This document shows, piece by piece, positions 37,061-46,464 of a DNA stretch of 64,000 nt; the first letter of the stretch is position 1, and the number at the start of each line of letters is the position of its first letter. The notes beneath the pieces were generated by a model. It was not told the DNA's origin. It made no database searches and saw only the letters and a list, made by a program, of their open reading frames with translations. Where the stretch lies: the NCBI GenBank assembly GCA_947481985.1, contig CANKIK010000006.1, positions 13,382-77,381 on the forward strand, read 5' to 3'. The stretch is from Planctomycetaceae bacterium (GTDB lineage: Bacteria > Planctomycetota > Planctomycetia > Pirellulales > UBA1268). The translations under genes were made by a program, and so were the position numbers.

Positions 37061-39388
37061 TTATGGGGCCGGCAGCAGTTCGCCGAAAATTCCGTATGGC
37101 GGATCGGAGGCTTCGGCTCCACGCTCCCGACTGGTGAAGAAGTTAAAGAGATAGACACCCTTTGCCCCCCGCTTGAGAAGCCGCGACGCTGCGGCCCGGT
37201 AGTCCTCGGCAGTCAGGTTTGCCGCACCGCCCCCCTTGGTGCATTCGATGCCGAAGGCGAGCGACACCTCCCCGAGTGCTTGGCACCATTCCTCCACAGG
37301 CAGATCGCCCCGTTCGAGGAGAAACTCCGAGACCGTGACATGGTCGACAAGCCCGCAGGCCACCCATGCCAGCACGTCGCACCCGGCCGCCCGGGCCGTC
37401 GCCAGCGTCGGCGGAGTCCGGCCATAGTTTGACGGCACGCGGATGGCGAGCACGACCCGCCGACCACGCTCCCTCCCCACGCCATCGAGCACTCCGCGCA
37501 CGCGCCACAGGAGCCGATTCACGATCGCCACCCGCTCCTCCACAGGGCAGCCTGCCTTGAAGAATTTTGGAAAGCGGTTGAAGTCGAGTTCCACGCCATC
37601 GCAGTCGTAGCGCGCCGCAGCCTCGCTGATCAGCGCCACAACATGATCGCAGACTTCTGGCCGCGCGAAATCGAGGGCATCGCGGCCGGCGTAGCGGTCG
37701 CCGCCGATCAGCCACTCGGGATGGTCCCGGCGGAAAGCCGTCCGGAGGAAATCGTCGCCGTGATCGTCGTTGATCCGAAACGAGATCCAAGCCTCGCGTC
37801 CCCGGGCCCGGGTCTCTTTGAGCATCACCGCATACGGATCGACTCCCGCCGCAAACAGCGCCGACAGGTTTTGGAATCGCTGTTTCTCGGAGGCCGGCCA
37901 CGCCTCCCGCTCTTCGGCCGCCGAGAGCGTGCCGCGCATCGTGCCGACTGCGGTCGGGTAATAGAGCACCTGCGCGTTGATGCAGACAGCCACGGTGTCG
38001 ACTTGGCTGCCGTCAAAGGCCACTTCGTCGATCAGCCGTGTGACGTCTGACTCGGACACGTTCGCCGGCCCCTTCACGCCTCCCTTCGTCGAGAGGCAGG
38101 AATCGCCGTCGAAGTTGTAGATCAGGCGCCGTCGACGTGGGAGCGACAGGAGAGCCGGCCCCGCGGCCACCTCCACCGGCTGCCAGTGGCCGTGCATCGC
38201 CGCCATTCCAGAAGGGAGATGCGTGAGCTGCACCTCGACTCCTGCAGCGAGGCGCCTGGCGAAGAGGTTCCGGGAGGATCCCCCCGTTGCCACCGCGCGC
38301 TGCGAGCCGAAGAGCAGCCAATCGCCATCCGGAGAAGGGCGTGGATGGTAGTGGAGCGTCCCTGGCTGCGACGCCGTGAGTCGGACTGGCACCGCCCCTT
38401 GCTCGAGCGACACCTCAAAGAGCTCCACGGCGTCGGCAGCGCCGTCTGCTCCGGCGACTCGGGCCGTGAAAAACACCGAGCGACCATCGTGCGACCAGAC
38501 CGGCAGGTCACTCGATCCGCCGTGGAAGTCGGGAACATCGAGGAACTCCATCACCCCGCGGTAGCGATTGCGATCTCCGATCTTCCGCAATCCGGTGCCA
38601 TCGGCGCGCACCACATGCGGGTGGCAGTCGTAGTGCTCGCCCGAGACGAAGAGCAGCCATTGGCCGTCAGGAGACCACGACGGCGCAAACACGAATGGGT
38701 CAGCGGTGTCGATCTTCCGTCGGTTGCTGCCGTCGGCGTCAGCGAGCCACAGTTGATAGTTCTCGTGGTAGGCGATCCGCTTCCCGTCGGGCGAACCGGA
38801 GAAGCCGTAGGCAAAGCCGGTAGAGTCGCGGGCGAGATTGGTCTTGTTGGTGCCGTCGCGGTTCATCGCAAACGGCTTTGAGATGCCATTCACAAGCGCC
38901 GTGAACCCCAGCCGCTCCGCATCGCCGGGCCAGGGAAAGAGACCTGTGTTGTAGAAACTCACCCGCTCCACGGCAGTGACGTTGGCGGTCTGGCCGCTGG
39001 CGAGATCGACCAGATGCGTGTCATAGAGCCAATCCCCGGCGCGGAAGCGGAAGAGTTTGTGCTCCTCTTCAAAGATTGCATTGGCCTCGCTTTCCCAGGC
39101 ACGCCCGATGATCGCCGTCTTCCCATCGGGGAACCAGCCGACAAACTGGGTCGAGGAATTGGGCTCGTCGGCCAGATCGGCGGCCAGCGGAATCGGACGC
39201 TTTCCCGGAGTGAGAAGCATCGCCCGGCCCGTGGCAACGTTTGCCAAGCGCCCTCCCGGCAACGCCGTGGCGTGCTCGGTGTATCCGATCGTCGGCGGTG
39301 CGCCATCCGCCGCACAGGCTGGCAGGGCTCGCGAAAAAAGAAGCGCCAACACCCACGCCGCGTAGAGAACATTGCCCGCTCGCTGCAT
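37061..39388 (-). CDS. secreted fusion protein: TolB/PD40-type beta-propeller N-terminal half plus glycoside-hydrolase-like TIM-barrel C-terminal half
   Basis: Signal MQRAGNVLYAAWVLALLFSRALPACAA. PD40-like repeats (SGSPDGKRIAY, PSWSPDGQWLLFVS, WSHDGRSVFF, PSPDGDWLLFGS). The C-terminal part (LIYNFDGDS...REAWISFRINDDHGDD...DCDGVELDFNRFP...) resembles GH-like barrels. ATG at 39388 confirmed. Confidence 0.65.
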   Translation of the reverse strand: MQRAGNVLYAAWVLALLFSRALPACAADGAPPTIGYTEHATALPGGRLANVATGRAMLLTPGKRPIPLAADLADEPNSSTQFVGWFPDGKTAIIGRAWESEANAIFEEEHKLFRFRAGDWLYDTHLVDLASGQTANVTAVERVSFYNTGLFPWPGDAERLGFTALVNGISKPFAMNRDGTNKTNLARDSTGFAYGFSGSPDGKRIAYHENYQLWLADADGSNRRKIDTADPFVFAPSWSPDGQWLLFVSGEHYDCHPHVVRADGTGLRKIGDRNRYRGVMEFLDVPDFHGGSSDLPVWSHDGRSVFFTARVAGADGAADAVELFEVSLEQGAVPVRLTASQPGTLHYHPRPSPDGDWLLFGSQRAVATGGSSRNLFARRLAAGVEVQLTHLPSGMAAMHGHWQPVEVAAGPALLSLPRRRRLIYNFDGDSCLSTKGGVKGPANVSESDVTRLIDEVAFDGSQVDTVAVCINAQVLYYPTAVGTMRGTLSAAEEREAWPASEKQRFQNLSALFAAGVDPYAVMLKETRARGREAWISFRINDDHGDDFLRTAFRRDHPEWLIGGDRYAGRDALDFARPEVCDHVVALISEAAARYDCDGVELDFNRFPKFFKAGCPVEERVAIVNRLLWRVRGVLDGVGRERGRRVVLAIRVPSNYGRTPPTLATARAAGCDVLAWVACGLVDHVTVSEFLLERGDLPVEEWCQALGEVSLAFGIECTKGGGAANLTAEDYRAAASRLLKRGAKGVYLFNFFTSRERGAEASDPPYGIFGELLPAP

Positions 39389-39636
39389 CGGTCCGCCCTC
39401 AAAAGTGATTCCGGCCTCGATTCTCAGCCCCCAACCAATTTCCCTGTCCCAGATACCATGCCCACCGGCAGCCGCTCGAGCAATCACTGACCACAGGTTG
39501 CCGGGAGTTGCTAAACTTTTTTCCCCCGCCCGATTACCCGCCAGGATGGCACACCAGGATGGCGCACATGGCCCGAGGGAACATCGATCGAGGCCGGAAA
39601 TCGCCGTCACCATCCGCTCCAGGGCTGCCAGACGTG

Positions 39637-42600
39637 ATGCCAGCCTCCCCCGCCGCGGCGGGCGCCGCTGAGGGCACCGCAGTCTGCCGGATCCACTGGA
39701 TCGACTCCCAACAAGGGATTCTCCCCTCTGCCGCTGCGTGGCTCCTCGGCGAGATTCCACCCGGTCCGACCGCCGATCTGTCAGGGTTTACCGTGGTCGT
39801 TCCCGGCCGCGCCGCCGGCCATCGCCTCCTTGAGCTCCTCATCGACAAGGCCGCCTCGGACGGCAGGCGGATCGTTCCTCCCACCACTGTGACGCTCGGC
39901 ACGCTCCCCGAAGAACTCTACGAACCGGCCCGTCCGCTTGCCGACACCACCACCGAAACTCTCTGCTGGATGGCGGCGATCGATTCCGCGGCACCGCGTG
40001 ACCGGCGGCTGATTGCGCCGGGAGTCGCCGGCGCTCGCTTGGGCGCGGATGACGACGGCATGCTGACTGACGAGGAAACCGTTTCTGGGGAGGGGCCACC
40101 CTCCGGTGGTTCTCAGTCGGCGGGACGGATGTTCGACGCCGCGCGGATGCTTGTCGGCATGCACCGGGAGTTGGCCGCCAACACCCTCTCTTTCAAGGAT
40201 GTGACCAGCGCCGCCGACGACGCTCTTCCCGGATTCGGCGACCACGCCCGCTGGGAGGCACTCTCCCGGCTCGAGGAGGCATATCTGCGGAACGTCGATG
40301 GTGTCGGCTGCTGGGACCGGCAGACGGCCCGGAGGGTGGCGGTTGAGCAGCGGGAGGTCGACTTCGATGGTCGGATCGTTCTCTTGGCCACGGTCGACGT
40401 CGATCCGCTGCAGCGAAAAATGCTCTCCCAGGTGAACGGCCAGATCGATGCCTTGGTGGCACTGCCAGCCGGCATCGGGCCCGATCCGGAAGCCTGCTTT
40501 GACGATTTTGGATGTATCGTGCCCGACGCTTGGCGGGAGCGGCCGCTTCCGGTGCCACTGGAGCGGGTGGTGGTGGTCGACGACACCGATGCCCAGGCAG
40601 CTGCGGTGGTCGATTGGATTGGCAGCATGGCCGCTAGGCGGGCGGCCGACGAGATCACGGTCGCCGCCCCCGACGACTCAACTGTGCCGAGCCTGGAGCA
40701 GCGTTTGGCGACTGCCGGGTTGGTGGGCCGGTACGCGGCCGGTCGCACCATGCAGCGTTCCAGTCCCTGGCAACTTGTCCATGCGATTTTCGCTTGGCTC
40801 GATCGACGCGAGTTCGCCACGCTCGCCGATCTGCTCCGTTGTCCCGATTGCATCAGGCTGCTCTCCCGGCGGACCGGACAGGCAATGCCAGCAGCGGTCG
40901 CCGATCGGGTCGCCACCCGGCACCTCCCGCAGGCGATCGACCGCGATCATCTGGCGGCGGCGGCCGAGCGGCCTGACGATCGCCTTGAGAATTCCCTCTT
41001 CATCGAGATCCTCGACGCAGTCGATGCCTGGCTCGCGCCTCTTCAGGCCGCAGGAGCCGCCATCGATCGCGCTGTGAGCGTCTCTTCCGCCGATCGGCTG
41101 ACGGCGACTGCTCGCAAAAAGCGGACCCGGACTGGCGCACGGGCCACTCCGGCAGCTCTCCCCGGCCACCCCACGCTCGCACCAGCGTGGGTGGCGGGCT
41201 TGCGGGCAGTCTGCAGCGCGGCGCTGGAAGGGGTGGAGATCGACCGTGACGCCGAAGGGAGCCGCGTCTTCGCCAGGGCGCTCGGTGCCCTGGGCGAACA
41301 ACTCGCCGACATGGAAACCATTCCCGATCGGCTCGCCGCCGCAGCCGGCTCCGGCGGACTGGTGCGGCTGCTGGTCTCCACATGGGGGCGATCGGGGATC
41401 CCTCCGGCCCAGGAGTCGGAGGCGATCGACATCGTCGGCTGGCTGGAGGTGGCGCTCGATGACGCTCCGGCGCTGGCAATCACCAGTTGCATCGAGGGCT
41501 GTCTCCCCGGCAATGCCGGCCGCGACCCACTCCTTCCCGAGCCGCTCAGGCAAGCCCTGGGACTCGACAACGCCGCCCGGACAGCGGCCCGCGACGCCTG
41601 GATGCTGGCTGTCGCAGCCGTCCGGGAAGACTTGCTGGTGGTCGTGCCGCGGTGCCGTTCCGACGGCTCCCCGGCGATCCCCAGCCGACTCCTCTTCCGC
41701 CGCGATCCCGACGGGGTTGTCGCTGCCGCAAAGCGGCTCTTCGCCACACCGCACTCCCCTTCCTCTGCCGGGCCGCCGCCGGTGGTCGCGTCGCGATTGC
41801 TTGTGCCGGCGCCGACGGTGCTCGGCCCGGCATCGGGCGACCTATTCCCGGCGATGCGAGTCACCGAATTCCGCGACTATCTCACCTGCCCCTACCGCTA
41901 CTGGCTCAAGCAGCGCCTCCGCCTCACGTCGGCCCACGACGACAGCTTAGAACTGGGCCCCGGCGATTTCGGGACCTTGATCCACGACTGCCTCGACATT
42001 TTCGCCAAGGATCGCTCCATCGCCACCAGCGACGACGGCGATGCGATCGCCGATTGGCTTTCGGCTGCGCTCGATCGCATCGTCCACCATCGCTACGGAT
42101 CAGCCGCGGCCCCTGCCGTTGCAGTGCAGGCAGAACTGGCCCGGCGTCGGCTCCGGGAGTTTGCCCGCGTGCAGGCGAATCGAACCAGCGAGGGTTGGAC
42201 GATCCACTCCACCGAGAAGGTGGTGCGTTCGCAGGCGTTTGTGGTCGATGGCATCCCAGTGGAACTCTCCGGACGCATCGACCGCATCGACCGCCATGAG
42301 GCCCACGACCAGTGGGAGGTGCTCGACTACAAGACATCGGCCAAAGGGAAAACACCAGAGAAAACCCACCGCACCGCCCGCGGTTGGATCGATCTCCAAC
42401 TCCCGCTCTACCGCCATCTGCTCACCGAGGTCGAGGGGATGCCGGTGGTCGATCTGGCCGATTCCTCGATGGTCCGGGTGGGCTACTTCAACGTGCCGGC
42501 CAAAGTCGAGGAGATCCGCATCGTGACGGCAGACTGGAGCGATTCGGACTATGCCGATGCCGACGAGGCGGCCCGGCAGGTCGTCCGCAACGTCCGCCAG

Positions 42601-42714
42601 GGACTTTTCTGGCCACCAAATCCTGCTGCTGCCGGATCATTCCCCGAGTTCGACGGCATCTGCCAAACGCACGCCATCCGCGATGATGACGATGCCGAAG
42701 GGGAGGCTCTATGA
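39637..42714 (+). CDS. addB: AddB-like subunit of an AddAB-type helicase-nuclease (C-terminal PD-(D/E)XK nuclease)
   Basis: C-terminal MRVTEFRDYLTCPYRYWL, GTLIHDCLD, GRIDRIDRHEAHDQWEVLDYKTS, QLPLY. The stop overlaps the addA start (ATGA). Start uncertain (ATG at 39637; the ORF opens at 39508). Confidence 0.7.
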   Translation: MPASPAAAGAAEGTAVCRIHWIDSQQGILPSAAAWLLGEIPPGPTADLSGFTVVVPGRAAGHRLLELLIDKAASDGRRIVPPTTVTLGTLPEELYEPARPLADTTTETLCWMAAIDSAAPRDRRLIAPGVAGARLGADDDGMLTDEETVSGEGPPSGGSQSAGRMFDAARMLVGMHRELAANTLSFKDVTSAADDALPGFGDHARWEALSRLEEAYLRNVDGVGCWDRQTARRVAVEQREVDFDGRIVLLATVDVDPLQRKMLSQVNGQIDALVALPAGIGPDPEACFDDFGCIVPDAWRERPLPVPLERVVVVDDTDAQAAAVVDWIGSMAARRAADEITVAAPDDSTVPSLEQRLATAGLVGRYAAGRTMQRSSPWQLVHAIFAWLDRREFATLADLLRCPDCIRLLSRRTGQAMPAAVADRVATRHLPQAIDRDHLAAAAERPDDRLENSLFIEILDAVDAWLAPLQAAGAAIDRAVSVSSADRLTATARKKRTRTGARATPAALPGHPTLAPAWVAGLRAVCSAALEGVEIDRDAEGSRVFARALGALGEQLADMETIPDRLAAAAGSGGLVRLLVSTWGRSGIPPAQESEAIDIVGWLEVALDDAPALAITSCIEGCLPGNAGRDPLLPEPLRQALGLDNAARTAARDAWMLAVAAVREDLLVVVPRCRSDGSPAIPSRLLFRRDPDGVVAAAKRLFATPHSPSSAGPPPVVASRLLVPAPTVLGPASGDLFPAMRVTEFRDYLTCPYRYWLKQRLRLTSAHDDSLELGPGDFGTLIHDCLDIFAKDRSIATSDDGDAIADWLSAALDRIVHHRYGSAAAPAVAVQAELARRRLREFARVQANRTSEGWTIHSTEKVVRSQAFVVDGIPVELSGRIDRIDRHEAHDQWEVLDYKTSAKGKTPEKTHRTARGWIDLQLPLYRHLLTEVEGMPVVDLADSSMVRVGYFNVPAKVEEIRIVTADWSDSDYADADEAARQVVRNVRQGLFWPPNPAAAGSFPEFDGICQTHAIRDDDDAEGEAL

Positions 42715-45700
42715 ACGATTCTCGCCGCACAGCCGCTGGTTCGGGGAAGAAGAGCAAGGACCAGGCACCGTCATCACCGACCGTGTCCGGCGTGCCACCG
42801 GCCAGCCGGCCGCTCGAACCGTTCGTCCTCGTGCGGGCCAGCGCCGGCACCGGCAAGACCCACGCCCTCTCCACGCGGATGATCCGGATCCTCGCCGACG
42901 GCGCAGAGGTCGACGACATCTTCGCCGCCACGTTTGCCCGCAAGGCCGCCGGCGAGATCCTCACTCGTGTCCTCGACCGGTTGGCGGCAGCGGCCGATTC
43001 AGAAGGCCACGAGACCCAGGCTCTGGCCACGGCGATCGACCGCCCGGCCGCCAAGGCGGCATTTTTCCGTGATCTGCTGGTGCGGGTCACCGGTCAACTC
43101 GACAGGCTCTCCGTCGGCACGCTCGACAGTTTCTTCGTCACCTGCGCTGATGCTGCGCGCTTCGAATTAGGATTACCGCCGGGGTGGTCGATCGGCAGCC
43201 AGGCTGACCTCACCGTGCAACGACGGCGGGCGATCCACCGCACGATTGCCGATGCGATCGCTGACGGTGGGCCGTCGGCCCGGGCCGGCAACAGCACAGA
43301 CTCACCGGCCCTGATCCTCGCCAACTTGATGGTGCAACTTTCCGGCGGCACGACCACGACGGGGCTGGAGGAGGCGATCGAGGGGATCGTCGCCGATCTG
43401 GCTGAAATCCACCGCGACACCGAAGCAGAGGCGTGGGACTGGCTCACGGTGCCCCGGCCGCCGTCGGACGACGCGATCACGGCGGCGAGGCAGACGCTTG
43501 CCCTGCACGAATACAGCGACAAGCGTTTCAAAAGCGCCAGCGACACGACACTTGAGGCCCTGGCAAGTTGTGATTTTCAGACGCTGCTCTCTAAGGGAAT
43601 GATTCCCAAACTGCTTGCCGGCGAGACCCGCTACTACAACAAGCCAATCGACCCGGAGGTGGAAGCGGCCCTGCGAACGATTATCGACTTGGCCAAGACG
43701 ATGATCCTCCACCGCGCCAAAGCGCAGACCAGGGCGATCCGCGATCTGCTCGATCACTATGGAGCCACCTCCGACCGCCTGCTCTCTAGCGACGGCATGG
43801 TGTCGTTCAACGACGTCACGCGTCTGGTGGCCACCGCTGCTGGCGACGGCACCCTCGACTCGGCCCGATGGCGCGGCATCCGCTTCGCGAAGCATCTCCT
43901 TCTCGACGAATTCCAAGACACCGCTCCCACACAGTGGCGGGTGCTTGAGCGACTCGCAGAGCATGCGATCACGGCGTCGGGGTCGTTCTTCGCGGTCGGT
44001 GATCGGAAGCAGGCGATCTACGGCTGGCGCGGGGGTGAGGCCGATCTGATTGATGCCCTGCCTGGATTCTTCGCCGCCGGACCGCGGCCGCTGAAGTCAC
44101 AGGTTTTGTCAGCCAGTTACCGCTCCAGCCCTGCGGTGCTGGAGGGGGTCAACCGGGTGTTTGAGCGGATCTCAACCGCTGAGCCACTCGCCGATTTCGG
44201 GAGCGTGGCTGCCGATTGGAGCCGTCACTTTCCCCGGCACGAGGCCGCAGCGGCGCGGCAGGATCTTCCGGGTTGGGTGCGGCTTCGCACCTGCCGAGCC
44301 GCGGAGGAGGGGGAAAAGGCTGCCGATGTGTTGCTGGCAGCGGTGGCGCTGCGCGCAGCGGCGCTCTCCCGGGCCAATCCGGGCAGCACGGTGGGCGTCC
44401 TCGTGCGGACCAACAAAGCGGCCGAACGGGTGATCGCCAAACTTAAGGCCGACGGTGTCATCGCCAGCGCCGAGGGGGGCCAACCACTCGCCGATTCGCC
44501 GGCAGTTGAGTTGCTCCTTTCGGTGCTTCATCTGGTCGATCATCCCTCCGATTCCATTGCTCGCTTCCACGTTGGCACTTCCCCGCTGGCGGGGGCGCTC
44601 GGGCTGTCAGCCACCAGTTCGGTGGAAAAAGATCCGCCCCCGGAATTCGTGACGGTGCTCGATTCTCTTCGCCGCGAATTGATCGATAGCGGCTATGGTC
44701 CTGTCCTGGCGCGCCTCACCGAGACGCTCGCGGCCTGCGGCTCGCAGCGTGACCGGCGACGGCTGGAGCAGTTCATCGCTGCGGCGCGGGAATGGGACAT
44801 GCAGGGGGGAGGATCGCGCGAGGGCCTGTCGCGCACCGAGCCGTTTGTCATCCATTGCCGAACGGTGAACGTTGCCGATCCGGTGCTCTCGCCGATCCGG
44901 GTGATGACGATCCATAAGGCGAAGGGCTTGGAGTTTGATCTCGTCGTCCTCACCGATCTCGATCGCAAGCTCGTTCCCCGCCCGCCACGGGTGGTGGTCG
45001 ACCGCAGCCGGCCGGGATCGCCCGCTCCTCTGGGCAGTCCGCTCGATCCGATCCGTCGCGTGCTCGTGCATGTCACCAAGGACTGCTGGCCGTTGCTCCC
45101 GGACGACTGGCGGGAATTGTGCGAGGCGGCGAGCCATCCGGTGATCCGCGAAGCGATCGCCACGCTCTATGTAGGGCTCACGCGTGCAGCGCAGGGCCTG
45201 GAGATCCTCATCCAGCCGGCGAGCACCAAGGAACGAAACATCCCTCGGACGCTCGCCGGCGTGATCCGTGCCACACTTCCCGAAACCCCCGACGCGCCGG
45301 CCGACAGCATGCTTCACGCTGTTGGCCATCGCGCCGACCCGGCTCTCGACTCCCTTCCGAATGCACGCTCAACCACGGCCACCACAGCGGCAGCGCCTCC
45401 AGTCTCCGACGAGACGTCACCCGACAGACTCCCCAGGGCTTCCGGCGGCATCGTCCTCAAGTCGCTGCCGGGGGGGCGGCGGCGGCGGGCTCGTCCCTTG
45501 CGAACACCGTCATCGACGGAGGGGAGCCGAACCGTGACCGCATCTTCCTTGCTCACCCCGGGAACGCGGGCGGCCCGGAGCGTCGGCACGCTGCTCCATG
45601 CCTGGATCGAGCAGTGGGGTTGGCCGGCAACGGCGCCGGAAGACGCTGTGCTGCGCCGCTTGGCATCCAGAGAGCCACTGCTGGCAAGCCAGGTCGACAG

Positions 45701-46169
45701 CCTTCTTGCCGATTTCCGGCGGATGTGTGGGGAACGGCGTGTGGCAGCCCTGCTTGCCGAACCGCCGCAGGAATTGCCCGCCCGATTCGTCTCTCCAAAT
45801 CACCCAGTCCTTCACCCAGCCAATCTCCCCGCTGGTCCCGCGGTGCCCCAACTGCAACGTGAGTGCGCTTTCGCTCTCGATGACGGGCAGGGGACGCTTT
45901 TGGGGGTCATGGACAGGCTCGTGGTCTGGACGCGGGATGGCAAAGCGGTGGCGGCGGAGGTGATCGATTTTAAATTTGACGGCATGGGAACGGCGGAGGG
46001 GGCCGACGAGCAGAGAAAAATCCTCGCTGCAAAGACGGCGTTCTACACACCGCAACTCCAGGCCTACCGCACCGCAGTGGCCACCCTCCATGATCTGCCC
46101 CTCGCACGAGTCTCGTGCGAATTGGTGTTCATGCGTTCCGGCGACGTGGTGCCGGTGGGGGAAAAATAG
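42711..46169 (+). CDS. addA: AddA-like UvrD/Rep-family helicase with a C-terminal RecB-type nuclease
   Basis: Walker A ASAGTGKTHALSTRMI, LLLDEFQDT, FAVGDRKQAIYGWRGG, LSASYRS, VMTIHKAKGLEFD, YVGLTRA. Nuclease motifs GTLLHAWIE, MDRLVVW...AEVIDFKFD, QLQAY. Confidence 0.85.
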   Translation: MNDSRRTAAGSGKKSKDQAPSSPTVSGVPPASRPLEPFVLVRASAGTGKTHALSTRMIRILADGAEVDDIFAATFARKAAGEILTRVLDRLAAAADSEGHETQALATAIDRPAAKAAFFRDLLVRVTGQLDRLSVGTLDSFFVTCADAARFELGLPPGWSIGSQADLTVQRRRAIHRTIADAIADGGPSARAGNSTDSPALILANLMVQLSGGTTTTGLEEAIEGIVADLAEIHRDTEAEAWDWLTVPRPPSDDAITAARQTLALHEYSDKRFKSASDTTLEALASCDFQTLLSKGMIPKLLAGETRYYNKPIDPEVEAALRTIIDLAKTMILHRAKAQTRAIRDLLDHYGATSDRLLSSDGMVSFNDVTRLVATAAGDGTLDSARWRGIRFAKHLLLDEFQDTAPTQWRVLERLAEHAITASGSFFAVGDRKQAIYGWRGGEADLIDALPGFFAAGPRPLKSQVLSASYRSSPAVLEGVNRVFERISTAEPLADFGSVAADWSRHFPRHEAAAARQDLPGWVRLRTCRAAEEGEKAADVLLAAVALRAAALSRANPGSTVGVLVRTNKAAERVIAKLKADGVIASAEGGQPLADSPAVELLLSVLHLVDHPSDSIARFHVGTSPLAGALGLSATSSVEKDPPPEFVTVLDSLRRELIDSGYGPVLARLTETLAACGSQRDRRRLEQFIAAAREWDMQGGGSREGLSRTEPFVIHCRTVNVADPVLSPIRVMTIHKAKGLEFDLVVLTDLDRKLVPRPPRVVVDRSRPGSPAPLGSPLDPIRRVLVHVTKDCWPLLPDDWRELCEAASHPVIREAIATLYVGLTRAAQGLEILIQPASTKERNIPRTLAGVIRATLPETPDAPADSMLHAVGHRADPALDSLPNARSTTATTAAAPPVSDETSPDRLPRASGGIVLKSLPGGRRRRARPLRTPSSTEGSRTVTASSLLTPGTRAARSVGTLLHAWIEQWGWPATAPEDAVLRRLASREPLLASQVDSLLADFRRMCGERRVAALLAEPPQELPARFVSPNHPVLHPANLPAGPAVPQLQRECAFALDDGQGTLLGVMDRLVVWTRDGKAVAAEVIDFKFDGMGTAEGADEQRKILAAKTAFYTPQLQAYRTAVATLHDLPLARVSCELVFMRSGDVVPVGEK

Positions 46170-46285
46170 CCGCGGGCTGTCCAAGCCGTGGCAAACAGCC
46201 CTGAGCGCACGGGTCAAGCGCGGGCCAGAGTCAGCCCGGCAGCAATCGACCGCAGAAAACCCGCGGCGGACGCACAAAAACAAAG

Positions 46286-46368
46286 CGGAGGGCATGGGAT
46301 TCGAACCCACAATCCATCTCTGGACATCTGATTTCGAGTCAGACCGCTGGCCAATTCGCTTACCCTCC
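46286..46368 (-). tRNA. tRNA-Ser (anticodon CGA), class II with a long variable arm; CCA not encoded
   Basis: Minus-strand read GGAGGGT...TCTGA-CTCGAAA-TCAGA...TCCA-GAGA-TGGA...GTGGG-TTCGAAT-CCCAT-GCCCTCC-G. Has a 7-bp acceptor stem, a canonical anticodon loop and a canonical T-loop. The D-stem pairing is weak by eye. Confidence 0.8.
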
Positions 46369-46464
46369 GAACAAGCCTCCTCCAATGTAGAACAACTTCG
46401 GCAAACGCTCAAGTTCGCCCGCACAACCGGCACCGGTCAATCGATGGCGACCCCCGAGGCCTTG

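Noticed and set aside
40113-41864. Minus-strand ORFs of 267-358 aa inside addB
   Set aside because: They are antisense to a gene that continues into clear PD-(D/E)XK motifs and is translationally coupled to addA. Their composition is typical of spurious high-G+C ORFs.
46170-46464. tRNA-Ser as an integration site marking the PKS cluster as a genomic island
   Set aside because: No integrase, transposase or direct repeat of the tRNA 3' end was seen in the window. The cluster's composition looks like the rest of the window. The tRNA is treated only as a cluster boundary.
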